Positions 1-13,320 are shown, counted from the whole stretch's first letter. The stretch is DNA of 63,995 bases, filler included, from Fonticula-like sp. SCN 57-25 (GCA_001724245.1; 5 parts of 5 records of this genome joined end to end with filler, not necessarily neighbours in it); one strand, 5' to 3'. Numbers and translations: made by a program. Notes: generated from the letters alone by a model not told the origin.

Positions 1-195
1 GCGTGGGATGGCGGACGAAGGTGCAAAGTGATCAAGATCTGTTGTTCACTTTGGATTTTTGGTCCAATCATATGTGTTTTGATGGTGAACGCACCTTGTT
101 GGTCCCTGGCCCGTAACGCTCTGTCATCATTTCAAGCGAGTTTCATCAAGATTACCGTGTCGATGACAACGCGGACGCTGGCTCGGATGGCAGGC

Positions 196-1409
196 ATGGT
201 TGAGCGTCTTGTGATCCCCGCGGCAGATGACTTTCACGTCCACCTTCGCCAGGGCGCCATGATGCAGACCGTGGTGCCGCACGTGCGCCAGGGTGGCTGC
301 CAGCGTGTCTATGTTATGGTATGACAGTGCTTGGTTTGCGAGTCGAGACTGACGTGTGCTCAGCCCAACACCAACCCGCCGCTGACGACGGCCGCCCAGG
401 CGGTGGCCTACAAGAACGAGCTCTTGGCTGTTGACCCCAATGTTGAGTATCTTATGACGCTCTACTTGCACGAGTCGCTGACGCCGGCCGAGATCGAGCG
501 TGCCGCCAAGGCTGGCATCAAGGGCGTCAAGTCGTACCCACGTGGAGTGACGACCAACAGCGAGAGCGGCATCGAGAGCTACGAGGCTTACTATGACGTT
601 TTCCGCGCGATGGAGGCGCACGGCCTTGTTCTAAACATTCACGGCGAGGTCCCGAGCGATCACTCGAACGACATTTGCGTCCTGAACGCGGAGGCAGCCT
701 TTTTGCCGCACCTCGAAAAGCTCCACCGCGACTTTCCGCGTCTCAAGATTGTGCTCGAGCACGCTACGACCGCTGCCGCCGTCGAGATGGTGCGCCGTCT
801 CGGCGACACGGTGGCCGCGTCGATCACCGTCCACGTACGCGATGCATGCATACATCTCACCAGTCCACTAACCCTTTCCTGCAGCACCTCGAGCTGGTCG
901 TGGACGACTGGGCCGGCAAGCCGCACCACTTTTGCAAGCCCGTCGCAAAGTTCCCGCACGACCGCGACGCTCTGCGCGCTGTCGTCAAGGAGGGCCACCC
1001 TCGCTTCTTCCTCGGCTCTGACTCGGCGCCGCACCCGCGCCACACAAAGGAGACCGGCTGCGCTCACGCTGGCGTCTACACGAGCCCCTTCATCCTCCCC
1101 TACCTCGTGCGCGCCTCCATGCTTTATTGTTTTTTCTGACTTTTACCGCAGGCGACCATTCTCGAGTCGGCCGGCTGCCTCGACAAGCTCGAGAACTTTG
1201 CTTGCCACTTTGGCCGCAAGTTTTACGGCATGCCCGAGCTCACCTCCAAGGTGACGCTCGTGCGCGAGCCGATGACCGTTCCGGTACGCGCACCCCACAC
1301 CAGCTTGCCTCTGCTTACACGTGCATGCTAGGCCGAGTTCACTGCCGAGTCGGTTGGCACCATTGTGCCCTTCCTCGCCGGCCGCACCATCCCGTGGCGC
1401 ATGGAGTAA
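196..1409 (+). CDS. URA4: Dihydroorotase, homodimeric type II (Ura4/PyrC-like), 4 introns
   Basis: Motifs DFHVHLR, GVKSYPRGVTTNS, HGEV, VLEHATT, FCKPVAK, FFLGSDSAPH. GT-AG introns at ~319-363, 835-884, 1107-1151 and 1284-1331 join the ORF pieces. Confidence 0.95.
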
Positions 1410-1494
1410 ACACAAGGTCAATGGGCTGTGCAATAGTATAACAATATAATGGAGTTTTATTTGGTATTTGGAAACATTCGAAAAAAGGTGCACT

Positions 1495-3304
1495 TTACGT
1501 GCTCGAGTAGGCCGGCCCACCGCCGCCCTCGGGCGTGGTCCAGTCAATGTTCTGGGACGGGTCCTTGATGTCGCAGGTCTTGCAGTGCAGGCAGTTTTGC
1601 GCGTTGATCTGGAGGCGCTTGCCAGAGCCGCTCTCATTGTCCACAAATTCGTACACGCCGGCGGGGCAGAAGCGGCTCTCGGGCCCGTCGTAGATGGCGA
1701 GGTTGCGCTCCACGGGGACCTTGGGGTCCTTGAGGCGGAGGTGCACGGGCTGGTTGGCCTCGTGGTTGGTGCCCGAGCGCGAGAGGTTCTCGAGCAGATC
1801 AAAAGTGAGCTTGCCGTCGGGCTTGGGGTAGTCGATGGGCTTGGCCTGCGCAGCGGGCACGAGCGTCTCGTAGTCGGGCTTGGTGTGGCTCAGCGTGAAC
1901 GGCAGCTTGCCGCGCATAATCATGAGATCAAAGCCGGCCCACATCATGCCGCCCAGGAGACCAAAGCGCTCAAAGCCGGGGCGCACGTTGCGGACCATCT
2001 GGAGCTCCTGGCCGACCCACGACTCGCGGAGGCGGCGGTCGTACTCGCCGAGGACGACAGGCTTGTCGGCATCGAACGACTCGGACGTGAGGTGCTCAAA
2101 GACTGACTCGGCGGCGATCATGCCGCTCTTCATGGCAGTGTGCGTGCCCTTGATCTTGGCCATGTTGAGCGTGCCGGCGGCGCAGCCAACGAGGAGACCT
2201 CCGGGGAAGAAGACCTGCGGGAGCGACTGGATGCCGCCCTCGTTGATGGCGCGGGCACCGTACGTGATGCAGCGGCCGCCCTCGAGGTACTGGCGGATGA
2301 GCGGGTGCGTCTTGTAGCGCTGGAACTCCTTGTACGGGCTGAGGTAGGGGTTCGAGTAGTCGAGGCCGACCACGTAGCCGAGCGAGACCTGGTTCTGCTC
2401 CCAGTGGTACAGGAACGAGCCGCCGTAGGTGTGGTTGTCGAGCGGCCAGCCGACCGTGTGGATCACGAGGCCCTCCTTGTGCTTCTTCGGGTCAATCTCC
2501 CACACCTCCTTGAGGCCAATGCCGTAGGTCTGGTGCTGGCAGTTTTCGCGGAGGTTAAACTTGTTGATAATCTTCTTGGTCAGCGAGCCGTGGCAGCCCT
2601 CGGCAAAGAGGGTGACCTTGGCGTGCAGCTCCATGCCGCGCATGAACGAGTCCTTGGGCTTGCCCTGCTTGTCAAGGCCAATGTCGTTCGTCGCAATACC
2701 GGCAACAGAGCCGTCCTCGCGGTAGAGAATCTCGCTGGCAGACGTGCCGGCGTACACCTCGAGGCCAGCCTCCTCGGCCTTCTCGCCCATCCAGCGGACG
2801 AGGTTGCCGAGCGACGCAATGTAGTTGCCCTCGTTGTGAAGCGTCGGCGGGATCGGGAGCGGCACCGAGTACTTTTCGCTCAGCATGTACATGTGGTCCT
2901 CCTTGACCGGCACGTTGAGAGGCGCGCCGAGGTCCTTCCAGTCGGGCATCAGCTCGGTCAGCGCGCGGGGCTCGATCACGGCACCCGAAAGCGTGTGCGA
3001 TCCTACAATTACACGCGTTAGCAAAGCCGGTCCAATGTAAAGTCTAACGCGCACCGAGCTCGGCGCCCTTCTCGACGAGAACAACGCGAAGATCCTTGCC
3101 AGACTGCGCAGCGAGCTGGCGAAGGCGGATGCCGGCCGAGATGCCTGCGGGGCCACCACCGACAATCAGCACGTCAACCTCATCAGTAGCGCGCTCCTCG
3201 GTGAGGCGGGGATCGACCTCTGTGGCAAAGGCACGAAGCCCGCTTGCTGCGGACGCGCCGCGCATGGCGGTCGCGTTCGTCAGCAGACGACGAGCAAGGG
3301 CCAT
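1495..3304 (-). CDS. ETFDH: Electron-transfer flavoprotein:ubiquinone oxidoreductase, mitochondrial
   Basis: Arg-rich presequence, [14 protein letters not shown] motif, [12 protein letters not shown], 4Fe-4S motifs FCPAGVYE and [13 protein letters not shown]; one intron ~3004-3054. Confidence 0.97.
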
Positions 3305-3492
3305 TCTTCACCGGGGCTTCGTCAACTCAACGAAAAGGAACGGCAAAGAAGGCAATGTGATTGTCACCCTTTTCACGCACGCCCTTTTTCATAGTGGATC
3401 CGGATCGGTTTCCGATCGGGATGGACCACGAGCTTTGCGTGCGTCCTTGTGACCTTTGTTTCAGCGGAGCTCCGACACCCCATCCCACCACG

Positions 3493-4773
3493 ATGCAGGT
3501 GACCCGCGCTTTGCTGGTTGTCGCCCTGGCGGCGCTCGCCGTCTGTGCGTCGGCGCGTGCGCCGGGCATTCTCGATGAGCACGCTGAGCAGGAGGTTGTT
3601 TCGTGCTTTTTGAAGGACCAGAAGGATGTGGCCGACTTTGTTGCCGTCAAGGAGGCCCTCCACCTTGATGTCTGGTCGCACCACATTGCCGCCGGCGCCA
3701 ACGTTGACTTTCGCGTGACGCACGATATTCGCTCCATGATTGCGCTTCGCTTCGAGTGCGAGGTTCTTGTTCACGATGTTGCTGCCATGCTCGAGGAGGA
3801 GGAGGAGCGCAGCCGCCTTCACCTTGCCAAGCGCGGCGTCAACGCCGACTGGCACGATGAGTACCACCCGCTGGCCGAGATCCACTCGTTCATCGAGGAC
3901 CTCGCCCTGGCCTACCCCGACCTTGCCACCTATGTGCCCACCATCGGTCAGTCGATCGAGGGCCGCGACATCCCCGTGATCCGCATCAAGGGCGTTGAGG
4001 AGCCGCCGCGCACCATGTTCTTGAGCGGCTGCATCCACGCGCGCGAGTGGGTCTCGCCGGCCGTTGTGCAGTACCTGACCGAGCAGCTGCTCGTCGGCTA
4101 CGGCAACGATAACGAGACGACGACCATTCTCGACACGTTTGAGATTGTCATTGCGCCGTGCATCAACCCCGACGGCTACAACTTTTCGTGGACCGACGAC
4201 CGCCTCTGGCGCAAGAACCGCCGCCCCGCTTCGGAGAACGGCGGCACCTGCGCCGGCGTCGACATGAACCGCAACTTTGACAACCACTGGGGAGGTGTCG
4301 GCGCCTCGGCCAACCCGTGCGCGGCCGACTACCGCGGCGCGTCCAAGGCTTCCGAGCCCGAGACCCAGATCGTTCAGAACTTTGTCATGACCCTCAAGCG
4401 CCGCTCGGCTGCCATCGACTTCCACGCCTACGGCCAGCTCATCCTGCGCTCGTTTGGCTACACTGTCGAGCCGTCAGAGAACGAGGCAACCCTCAAGGAG
4501 ATTGGCGACGGCATGGCCGACCGCATTGCCGAGGTTCACGGCTCCCGCTACACTTCGCAGCGCGCCGCCGAGCTCTACCCGACCACCGGCTCCACCGACG
4601 ACTGGTACACTGAGCAGGGCGGCATGTGGGGCTGGACCATCGAGCTCCGCGATCTCGGCCGCTACGGCTTCCGCCTCCCCGCCGACCAGATCCGCCCCAC
4701 CGGCGAGGAGATCTGGGCCGCCTTCAAGTACTTTGCCGCCGAGGTTGCGGAGAAGGCCCCTATTTCCAACTAG
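3493..4773 (+). CDS. Secreted zinc carboxypeptidase, M14A, with propeptide
   Basis: Signal peptide MQVTRALLVVALAALAVC, propeptide ending LAKR, zinc/catalytic motifs HAREW, WRKNR, DMNRN, DFHAY, TIELR; intronless. Confidence 0.93.
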   Translation: MQVTRALLVVALAALAVCASARAPGILDEHAEQEVVSCFLKDQKDVADFVAVKEALHLDVWSHHIAAGANVDFRVTHDIRSMIALRFECEVLVHDVAAMLEEEEERSRLHLAKRGVNADWHDEYHPLAEIHSFIEDLALAYPDLATYVPTIGQSIEGRDIPVIRIKGVEEPPRTMFLSGCIHAREWVSPAVVQYLTEQLLVGYGNDNETTTILDTFEIVIAPCINPDGYNFSWTDDRLWRKNRRPASENGGTCAGVDMNRNFDNHWGGVGASANPCAADYRGASKASEPETQIVQNFVMTLKRRSAAIDFHAYGQLILRSFGYTVEPSENEATLKEIGDGMADRIAEVHGSRYTSQRAAELYPTTGSTDDWYTEQGGMWGWTIELRDLGRYGFRLPADQIRPTGEEIWAAFKYFAAEVAEKAPISN

Positions 4774-4909
4774 AAGTTGTGCTACAATAAAAATTACACT
4801 ATAATTCAAATTTTAAACGAGACTGGGCAGCGGAAGCAGAAAATGTTGTCCCCTGTGTATTGTCCACATCAAATAGAAAAATGGCGCATGTTTATTTATA
4901 AAAGCACAA

Positions 4910-6821
4910 TTACAGCTTGGCCTGGCCGGCGGTGATGCTGCGGAGCTGCTCGGGCCCGAACGGCTCGTACTTTTGCGTGGCGGGGTTGAGCCAGAAAATG
5001 GGGTCAGAGATCTTGTCCACCTGGATGCCCTGCTCGCGAAGCTGCACCTTTTGCTGCTTGAACGTGCCGGTGACCTCGAACGCAGCCATGCGACGGAGGA
5101 AGATCGGAACGGCATACGACGGCAGGCGCTTGCGCAGGTACGCGGCAAAGGCGTCGAGGTCGAGGTTGTCCTTCCAGATGACGGCGGCCATGCACGCGCG
5201 GCCGTCCTTGCCGGGCACCAGCGCGCCGTAAACGTTCGCCTCAACGATGCCGGGGAACACGGACATGCACTCGGCAACCTCGGTCGTCGACACGTTCTCG
5301 CCCTTCCAGCGGAACGTGTCGCCGAGACGGTCGACAAAGTAGTAGTAGCCGCGGTGGTCGCGCGTCATGAGGTCGCCGGTTCTAAAGAACTTGTCGCCCT
5401 TGACGAACGCGTCCGAGAGGACCTTTTTCATGGACGAGGCCGAGTCCGTGTAGCCGGCAAAGGCGGTGGTCGGCATGTCAGGCTTGATGGGCCCGAGCAT
5501 CTCGCCGACCTCGCCGGCGGCGCACTCGATGCAGTTGCCGTTCTTGTCGCGGAGCGGCTCCTCGGTGATGACATCGAGCTTGATGATCTTGTACCCAGTG
5601 AGCTTGCGGGCGATCAGGCCCATGCGGCCGCACGCGCCAGCGTCCTCGGGGTTGCGCGCAAGGGCGAGGAGTGCAACATTGCCCTCTGTGGCGCCGTAAA
5701 ACTCGCAGATGACCGGCAGGCGGTAGCGAAGGCGGAACGTCTCCCAGATGTCGGGGCGCAGACCGTTGCCGATGGCGACGCGGACCTTGTGGTTGGCGTC
5801 GTACGGCGTGGCGGGCGCCGCCAGCAGGTAGCGGCACACCTCGCCAATGTACTGGATGATGGTGCTCTGGCTCTCGCTGACCTCCTCCCAGAAGCGCGAC
5901 GCGGAGAACTTGCGGCGGATGACGATCGAGGCGCCCGTGTAAAAGCCCATGCCGACGCCCACAGCGCCGCCCGACGAGTGGTACAGCGGCAGCGCGATGA
6001 AAATGCGGTCCGCCTCAGTTACATCGTTTGTGTTGGTGAAGGCAACGGCAAAGCTCCACATGCGCATGTGGCGGATGACCGCGGCCTTGGGCAGGCCAGT
6101 TGTGCCCGACGTGTAGATGTAGCCGAACGGGTCTGTCGCCTTGACACCAGAGCGCGCGCTGCGCGGGATCGCGTCGTCAGAGAAACCGCTGAGCAAAGCC
6201 CCAAGGTCCTCGCCAAGCGACGACGACGGCTCGCCGGTGGCTGCCCACGACGCAAGGAGGGCGCCGTCGAGCGTGTCCTTGATCTCGCTGATGGCGTCGG
6301 TAAGCTCAGCGCCAAAAATGACCGCCTTGGCCTTGGCGAGCTGCACGCAGTGCGTGAGCGCCTTCTGGCGCAGGTTCGTGTTGATGAGGCCAATACGGAC
6401 GCCGACCTTGGTGAGGCCTAGCCACGCGATGACGTACTCGGGGCGGTTCTCCATCACGAGCGCCACGGCGTCGTCCTTCTTGAGGCCGCGGTCAAGGGCC
6501 CACCGAGCAACGCGGTTCGAGAGCTTCTCAGTCTCGACAAACGTGTAATTGCGCTTCTCGCCGTACATGAAAACGCGCTCCGGGCTCTGGCGCGCGCACG
6601 TCTGCGCCCACATGTCAGCCGTCAGCAGATTCTCCGCCTCCACAGTTTTGATCACATTGAGCGACTTGCCGAGGCGACGAAGCAAATCAACATCATTGCT
6701 CACCTGAAGCCTACAAGATGCTGGTTAGCCAATGCCAAGCAAATACTGTAACATACTTGGAGTCGAGAACCTTCCACGCGACAAAGGCGCTCGCCGCCGC
6801 AATAGCCGCTGCCGCCGCCAT
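4910..6821 (-). CDS. Very-long-chain acyl-CoA synthetase / fatty acid transport protein (SLC27/Fat1 family)
   Basis: YIYTSGTTGLPKAA, EFYGATEGN, FFRTGDL, DRLGDTFRWKGENVSTTEV; short hydrophobic first exon, intron ~6704-6757. Confidence 0.95.
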
Positions 6822-6871
6822 CGCTTGTTGTCGGTCGGTCGTCAGGAGAAAGAAGGACGAGGGAGAACGGA

Positions 6872-6932
6872 CCAATCACGTCGACACGAGATGACCTTCA
6901 CGTGACCTTTGATTGATAACAAACTGACCAAT
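6872..6932. promoter_or_regulatory. Two CCAAT boxes flanking a TCACGTGA E-box upstream of the FATP gene
   Basis: GACCAATCA around 6872 and 6928; TCACGTGA at 6898-6905. CCAAT motifs recur upstream of many genes (10191, 10205, 37780, 37826, 40362, 60408, 62353, 62393). Confidence 0.5.
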
Positions 6933-7033
6933 CACACGGCTCGGCCCCGCGCTATCCATATTCGCATTCGCGGTAAAAGGTCATGGAGGAATAGAGTACG
7001 GTGGAATTGAATCATTATATATTAATTTTCACA

Positions 7034-8141
7034 TTACACGGTATGCTTTACACTTGAGAGAATCGGCTCCGCCCCCTTGGCGACGAGGTCGTCTGCGACC
7101 ATTCGACTACGCGCGACGAGTTAGCAGGGCTGACGGAAGCGCATGGGTCGTACCCCAACGTAGAAGCATCATCCTCCGACGCCACGGCAAGCGACAAGCA
7201 CGTGCGCACGCTCTGCTTGCCGTCCAAGCTGTACACAGCGGCGTCCAGTGACAGGGTCCCCTCGGCCCACGAAGAACGCACGCCAAGCGGAAGACTGCAC
7301 CCGCCCTCTAGCGACCGCAGCAGCGCCCTACCAGAATAGTCAGTGAATAAAATAAAAGACAGGATATCGCACCGCTCGGCGACGCAGCAGAAGGCGGTCG
7401 GCGCGTGGTGAATACGCGCGAGCTCGGCGCGGACGTCGGCAGAGTCCTCGCGGCACTCGATAGCGAGCGCGCCCTGCCCGACGGCGTACAGGCCGTCCTC
7501 CAGCACTTGGCCAATGCGAGCGTCAAAGCCAATACGCACAAGGCCCGCTTGAGCGAGAATTAGCGCATCGTAAGCGCCTCCTTCGGCGTCGAGCTTAGCC
7601 AGCCGCGTGTTCAAGTTGCCGCGCTGAATTGGTGGTCAAAATCAGCGGGCCACATAAATAGCACACGTACCACCACAGCGCACTCGAGATGCGGGTACTG
7701 GTGCCGAACTTGGGCGGCGCGACGCTGGGAGCTGGTGCCGACAACACTGCCCGACGGAAGCGTGGCGAGCGTCGTCCCAGCCGGGTGGCGATGGTTAAAC
7801 ACGACGACGTCGTTGGGCGCTTCGCGTTCAAGGATAGCAGCGAGAACCATCCCTGGCGGGAGCACTGTCGGAACGTCCTTTAGCGAGTGCACGACAAAGT
7901 CGGCTTCGCGCTTCTCGAGCGAAACCTCGAGCTCCTTTGTCCAAAGGTTCTTGTCGCCGATCTTTTGGAGGGCGACATCGAGCACCTTGTCGCCCTGCGT
8001 CACGACGGTCAGAACCTCAAAGTCGTCTTCCCGCGCGCCCTCAATAGAAGCCGCAAGCAGGCGCCGTGCTAGATGCGTCTGCGCCACAGCCAGCTGGCTG
8101 GCGCGCGTCCCGATGACGCGCCGCGGCCGCTGTGCTGACAT
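7034..8141 (-). CDS. HEM3: Porphobilinogen deaminase (hydroxymethylbilane synthase)
   Basis: [52 protein letters not shown]; three introns. Confidence 0.96.
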
Positions 8142-8208
8142 GATACTTGATAACACGTGACGGAAATCAAAGCCACGCCACGTTTAGGAACAAGCCCGAA
8201 ACCCGGCC

Positions 8209-9234
8209 ATGGCGGCGGACGAGTCGCTGGCGCCACCGCCGCTCCTTGCGGTGGCCATAGCCGGCGGCATGGGCGGTGGTAGCGCCGACATTTCGTTGCA
8301 TGCGTACGCACGCCCAAGCATCTGGCTGCTCATGCTCACCATTGACCCAGGCTCGACACGGTCAAGACGAGGTTACAGAGTCAGGCGCGGGCGCTGACAA
8401 AGTACCGCGGGACGATGCACGCGCTGGTGACGATCGTGCGGGAGGAGGGGCTACGGCGCGGTCTCTTTGCAGGGACGTCCGCAGCGGGGCTTGGCTCCGT
8501 GCCGTCCAACGCGGTCTACTTTCTAACTTACGAGACGGTCAAGCGGCACGGGCTTGCAACGTGGGATGTGCCGGACACGGTCGTGCACCTTTCGGCCGGA
8601 GCGCTCGGCGAGCTTGCTGGTGCGATGTGGTATGTGCCCTCGGAAGTGGTCAAGACGCGTATGCAGGTGCAAGGGTTCCAGACGGCAGGGCCGGCCTTTC
8701 AGTATAGCGGGCTCGTGCACGCATTTCAATCAATATACATGTGCGCCGAGCCAGCCGCACCAATGGCAAACTAACATGGTCTGTAGGTCGGGCGGAATGC
8801 GCGCGTTTTACAGCGGGTTTGGCGTGACATTACTACGCGATGTACCTTTTGCGGCGCTTCAATTTTCCGTCTACGAGCAGATCAAGTCGACCTTGCTGCG
8901 CCGCCTGCCGCGGCCCGGCGATGATCTCTCGCCGGTTGAGAGCGCCGCTGCCGGTGCCGCTGCCGGTGCCGTCGGTGGCTGCTTCACCACGCCGATGGAT
9001 GTTATCAAGACGTATGTGCAGACGCGCCACCCAGAGGCGACCATTCGGCAGGCCGTGCGCGCCATCGCTGAGAACGAGGGTTGGCGGGGCTTTGGCCGTG
9101 GAATTATCCCGCGCGTATTATGGACAATCCCGCAGGGTTCAATTCTCTTTTTTGTGTACGAATTTGTTCTTTCGTTGCAGTTGACGGAGGCCGCGGGCCA
9201 CGGCACGCCGCAGTTGGGTGTGAGCCATTCGTAA
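8209..9234 (+). CDS. Mitochondrial carrier (SLC25), Mme1/SAM-carrier-like
   Basis: Three carrier signatures (ALDTVKTR, PSEVVKTR, PMDVIKT), RDVPFAALQF; two introns. Confidence 0.88.
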
Positions 9235-9330
9235 GGGTCGATCACATCGGGTAATAAAACATGTTCCGAGTCGATGAAAGAACGCGAGAAAGAAAGGGAA
9301 AGAAAATACAAAAACGAGTAGCGCACATGC

Positions 9331-10122
9331 TTAGAATGAACAGGGGATGAACATGGAGGACGCGGGCATGAGGTCAAAGTTACGGCAGAGCGTAACAAAG
9401 CGCTCGAGCATCCGGAATTCGGCCTACGGCAACGGTGAGCGTTGCGGACAACCAGCGCACAGTTGCGTACGTCAAATTCATCAAAAAGCTCGCGGTGCTG
9501 GAAATACGCATGACCAAGAATGCGGTAAAGGCGACGGGCCACGGGCTGAAAGTGCTTCACGCTCGCCGGCAAGAGCGTGATGCGCGACGGGAAGAGCTTG
9601 TTGCTGTTGAGCAGCGCGCTGGTGCCATCGAGCAAGTGTGTAATATAGTCAATGGCGCAGCACTATCACGGGCTTAGTACAGACAAAAAACAAACCCAAA
9701 TAGCGCACGTCTTGCGGCTTCTTGTGGGCGGCGCAGCGGTACTGCTCCTCCTCGGTCGCCTTCATTAACGGGCACGTCGTCGAGTTGCATGCGGGGAGCA
9801 GCAGCACGACAAGCGCCTCGAGATCCTGGCAAATCTGACGCAGGTGCTCATTCTGCCAGCATTCGGCGTCCTGATCCTCGGGGCACTGAAGGATGTCGCT
9901 GAGCGGAACGTCCGGCGTTACCTTGCGCAGCGAGTCCTGGATGAACTCCTGAAAGGCAAACGAGCTGTCAATGTCGTTGAACTCGCGGACATCCCATTGA
10001 TACACCTCCTATAAACAACACAAGTTCAGTCATGCGCAATAATGGCGCGGCAAAGGCGGAGAGCGCACCGCGGCAGGCGTCCCCGGCAGTAGCCTCCTCG
10101 AGTTGTCGTCGGCCTCCGCCAT
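9331..10122 (-). CDS. MOB4: MOB4/phocein (STRIPAK subunit)
   Basis: RRLLPGT, WQNEHLRQIC, CPLMKATEEEQYRCAAHKKPQD, LNSNKLFPSR, VARRLYRILGHAYFQH; three introns. Confidence 0.9.
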
Positions 10123-10634
10123 CGGTCACAACACCCCAAGAAGCTAGTAGACTGAATTCCGTCCCCCCGCATTATTTCAAGGTGACTCTGATTGGATCTC
10201 CTGGATTGGTCAAACGGAAAAAAAAACGCCTCAACCCGCCTCAAGAGCTGACCGACCACGCCGCCGACATCGGTGAGAAAAAGGCGAGCCGAGATCCCCT
10301 GAGCTCGTTCCGACGTTTGTTTGCGCGACAACTTTTTTGAGCAATTTTTTTTGCCGCGTCTTTGTTATAGGCGAGTCCTCGTCGTTGCGTTTTTTGTTTG
10401 ATTTTCGTGGTCGGCCGTACTGCCTTCAACGACTTTCCAAAGGCCGCATCTCCCACTCGTAGCCCCGCACTGCACGCTTGACTGCGCGCGTCTGTTTCAC
10501 GGAGCTTTTTACTTTAGGACGTTTGTCTTTTTGGGGCACTTTTGGTTTTCGTGTGCTTGGGAGTTTTGCTCGCGTGAACCCCATTGCCAACCTTTAGCGT
10601 CTTGTTTGTGATCCGCATCCCGCTCCCTCTTTAG

Positions 10635-12101
10635 CCCTTGCCCGCCACCGGGCCGCATACCAAGACGACGTCTACGGATAAGAGCGAGAGGGGCTCGTCA
10701 GGGCCCCGCCTGAATGGTGCGCCGGCCCCCGATTTTACTTTACGTTTGCTGACTTGCCGCAGATGGCGAAGACCGTGTGTTTACCGTCCTTGCGGACAAC
10801 AGCAAGACGGGGGAGCGTTTCGAGCTGACGTACTCGTCGGCAAAGCTTATTGGAAACGGGTCGTTTGGCGTTGTTTTCCAGGCAAAGATTGTCAGCACGG
10901 GCGAGATCGTTGCCATCAAGAAGGTCCTTCAGGACAAGCGGTTCAAGGTTCGCCCTTCCCCGTTGACACGTTTTTGCTCACACCCGGCCCGCTAGAACCG
11001 CGAGCTTGAGATTATGCGCACGGTTTCGCACCCGAATGTCGTCAACCTCACGTGCTTTTTCTACAATAAGGGCGACAAGGTACGCAGCCGCGTTTGCGCG
11101 TAGATCTGCCGTCTAACGCGATCCTCGTTAGCCTGACGATGTCTACTTGAACCTTGTGCTGGAGTACGTTCCCGAGACAATTCACCGGGGAGCTCGGCAC
11201 TACGCCAAGCTCAAGCAGACCATGCCTATGCTGCAGGTCAAGGTATATTTTTTTCGTGGTTGTTGCACCGTGTCTAATGCGTTGCCTGCAGCTTTACATG
11301 TATCAGCTTTTCCGCGCGCTTGCGTACATTCACTCCCTCGGCATCTGCCACCGGGACATCAAGCCGCAGAACCTGTTGTTGGACCCCGTGCGCGGCATTT
11401 TGAAGCTCTGCGACTTTGGCAGTGCCAAGGTGCTTGTTGCCGGCGAGCCGAATGTTGCGTATATCTGCTCGCGCTACTACCGCGCCCCCGAGCTCATCTT
11501 TGGCGCTACTCGGTACACGACGTCCATTGACGTGTGGTCGAGCGGGTGCGTGATGGCAGAGCTCATGCTGGGCCAGCCTCTGTTCCCGGGCGAGTCTGGC
11601 GTCGACCAGCTCGTCGAGATCATCAAGGTCCTCGGCACGCCGACCAAGCAGCAGGTTCAGGCCATGAACCCCAACTACACCGAGTTTAAATTTCCGCAGG
11701 TGCAGCCGCACCCGTGGAGCAAGCTGTTCCGCTCCCGGACGCCGGCCGAGGCAATCGACCTTATCGGCAAGCTGCTCGACTACGTGCCCACCAACCGCGT
11801 CGCCTCGTTTGACGCCCTTGTGCACCCGTTCTTTGACGAGCTCCGCGACCCTGCGACCCGGCTGCCGAGCGGCCGCGAGCTGCCGCCGCTCTTCAACTTT
11901 ACCGAGCAGGAGCTCGCGTACAAGCCGGAGCTGAACCGCGCGCTGATCCCGGCGCACGCCGAGGCCGAGCTGCGCTCGCGCCTGGACCTTGACGCGTTCG
12001 TGCCGCCGGTGCCGTCGAGCACCAACTCGTCGGTCAGTAATCTGATGGACTATGGGAGCGCGTCCTCGCCGTCCGCCGCGAGCCCGATGGAGACGTCATA
12101 A
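10635..12101 (+). CDS. GSK3: Glycogen synthase kinase 3 (start codon unresolved)
   Basis: [62 protein letters not shown]; four introns; no in-frame AUG upstream of the kinase domain (see findings). Confidence 0.97.
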
Positions 12102-12333
12102 GCGGACCGCTTAGCATTTTTTTTGGTTTATTCTCTTCTTCATATAAATTTTTTTGCTTTCTTTGTTTCGGTTCTTTGGCGTCCAAGGCCCCTTTTTTTT
12201 TTCCGCGACAACGTCAGATTTTATAATTGATTGTATGTCTCTGTTCTACGCCCTGGTTGGTGGCGCTTCCCTTTCCCTTGGTCTTTGTCAACCCCGCAGA
12301 CAAGCACGTTTGCATGTAAAAATGAAATTGCTG

Positions 12334-13320
12334 CTAGCTAATATTCCTGCGATTATGGTTTATACAATGGGACGCGGTACTTTTACAGAGACTCACCTGC
12401 TAAATTTGGGCAGTTTACCTTTGCTTTGGATGGTTCTAAGGCGCTTGAGCTCGCGCACCTCGTCCGGCTCCTGCTCGGACATTTGGCGCTCCTGCCAGGT
12501 GCTCTTGCGCAGCTTGCACGGGCGGTGCCCAATATACTTTCCATTCAGGTCCTTGAACGCGCGCGTAAAATCTTCGGCACTCTTGAACGAAACGAAACCG
12601 TAGCCGCGGCTCTTGCCCGTGCGGCTGTCCTTAACCACGCGCGCCTTGAGGAAGGACGGGTAGCGGTTAAACGTCCTTGTCAGCAAATCGTCCGTTGTGT
12701 CATTCGCAAGGTCGCCTACGAACAGACGGAAATCATCTAGAGTCAAAAAGAAAAGCAAAAAGGCACGTGTAAGCGGACAGAGGGAACAAAAAATGACGTC
12801 TGGCGGGCGTACTGGGATCCCACTCCTCCAGCCTCTTGTCCTCCCAGACCTGGCCACCTGCCGTCCGGACCGTGAGTGGAGGCGGGGCATATACCGGCCC
12901 AGCAACAGGCTGCTCTGTCCCGCTCGAGGCGCTGGCTTGATATCTGTATGAAGAAGATTCCGCCCCCGAAGTGTGCGGTGCCGCGGGCTTTGAGCGGACG
13001 GGCTTGGCGATGGGCCGCGCTGCAACTGACGACGGGGCGGGCTGGCCGCTGGCAGCCGCGGCAGCCGCAGCGGCGGCACGAAGCGCGGGATCTTTGGAAA
13101 AGTCAAAAAGCTAAAGGCGTCAGTAGGCAAACCACAAGAAAGAGCAAAGAAATACATTTTTCGCGCCCTTTGAATCGCCCGACATTGTGGCTGGTGCAGA
13201 TGGAGGCCGTACACGCAAACGCAAACGCAAACTGGAAGCGATCTCCCACGTGGATGCTTACTGTTTTTTCATCCCCGCTTGTGTGGACGACGATGCCGGC
13301 GGCAATGGGTAATTTTCCAT
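12334..13320 (-). CDS. RBM42: RRM protein, RBM42-like (U4/U6.U5-associated)
   Basis: GQVWEDKRLEEWDP, then DFRLFVGDLANDTTDD, KSRGYGFVSF, GKYIGHRPCKLRKSTW. The 5' exon structure is approximate. Confidence 0.8.
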
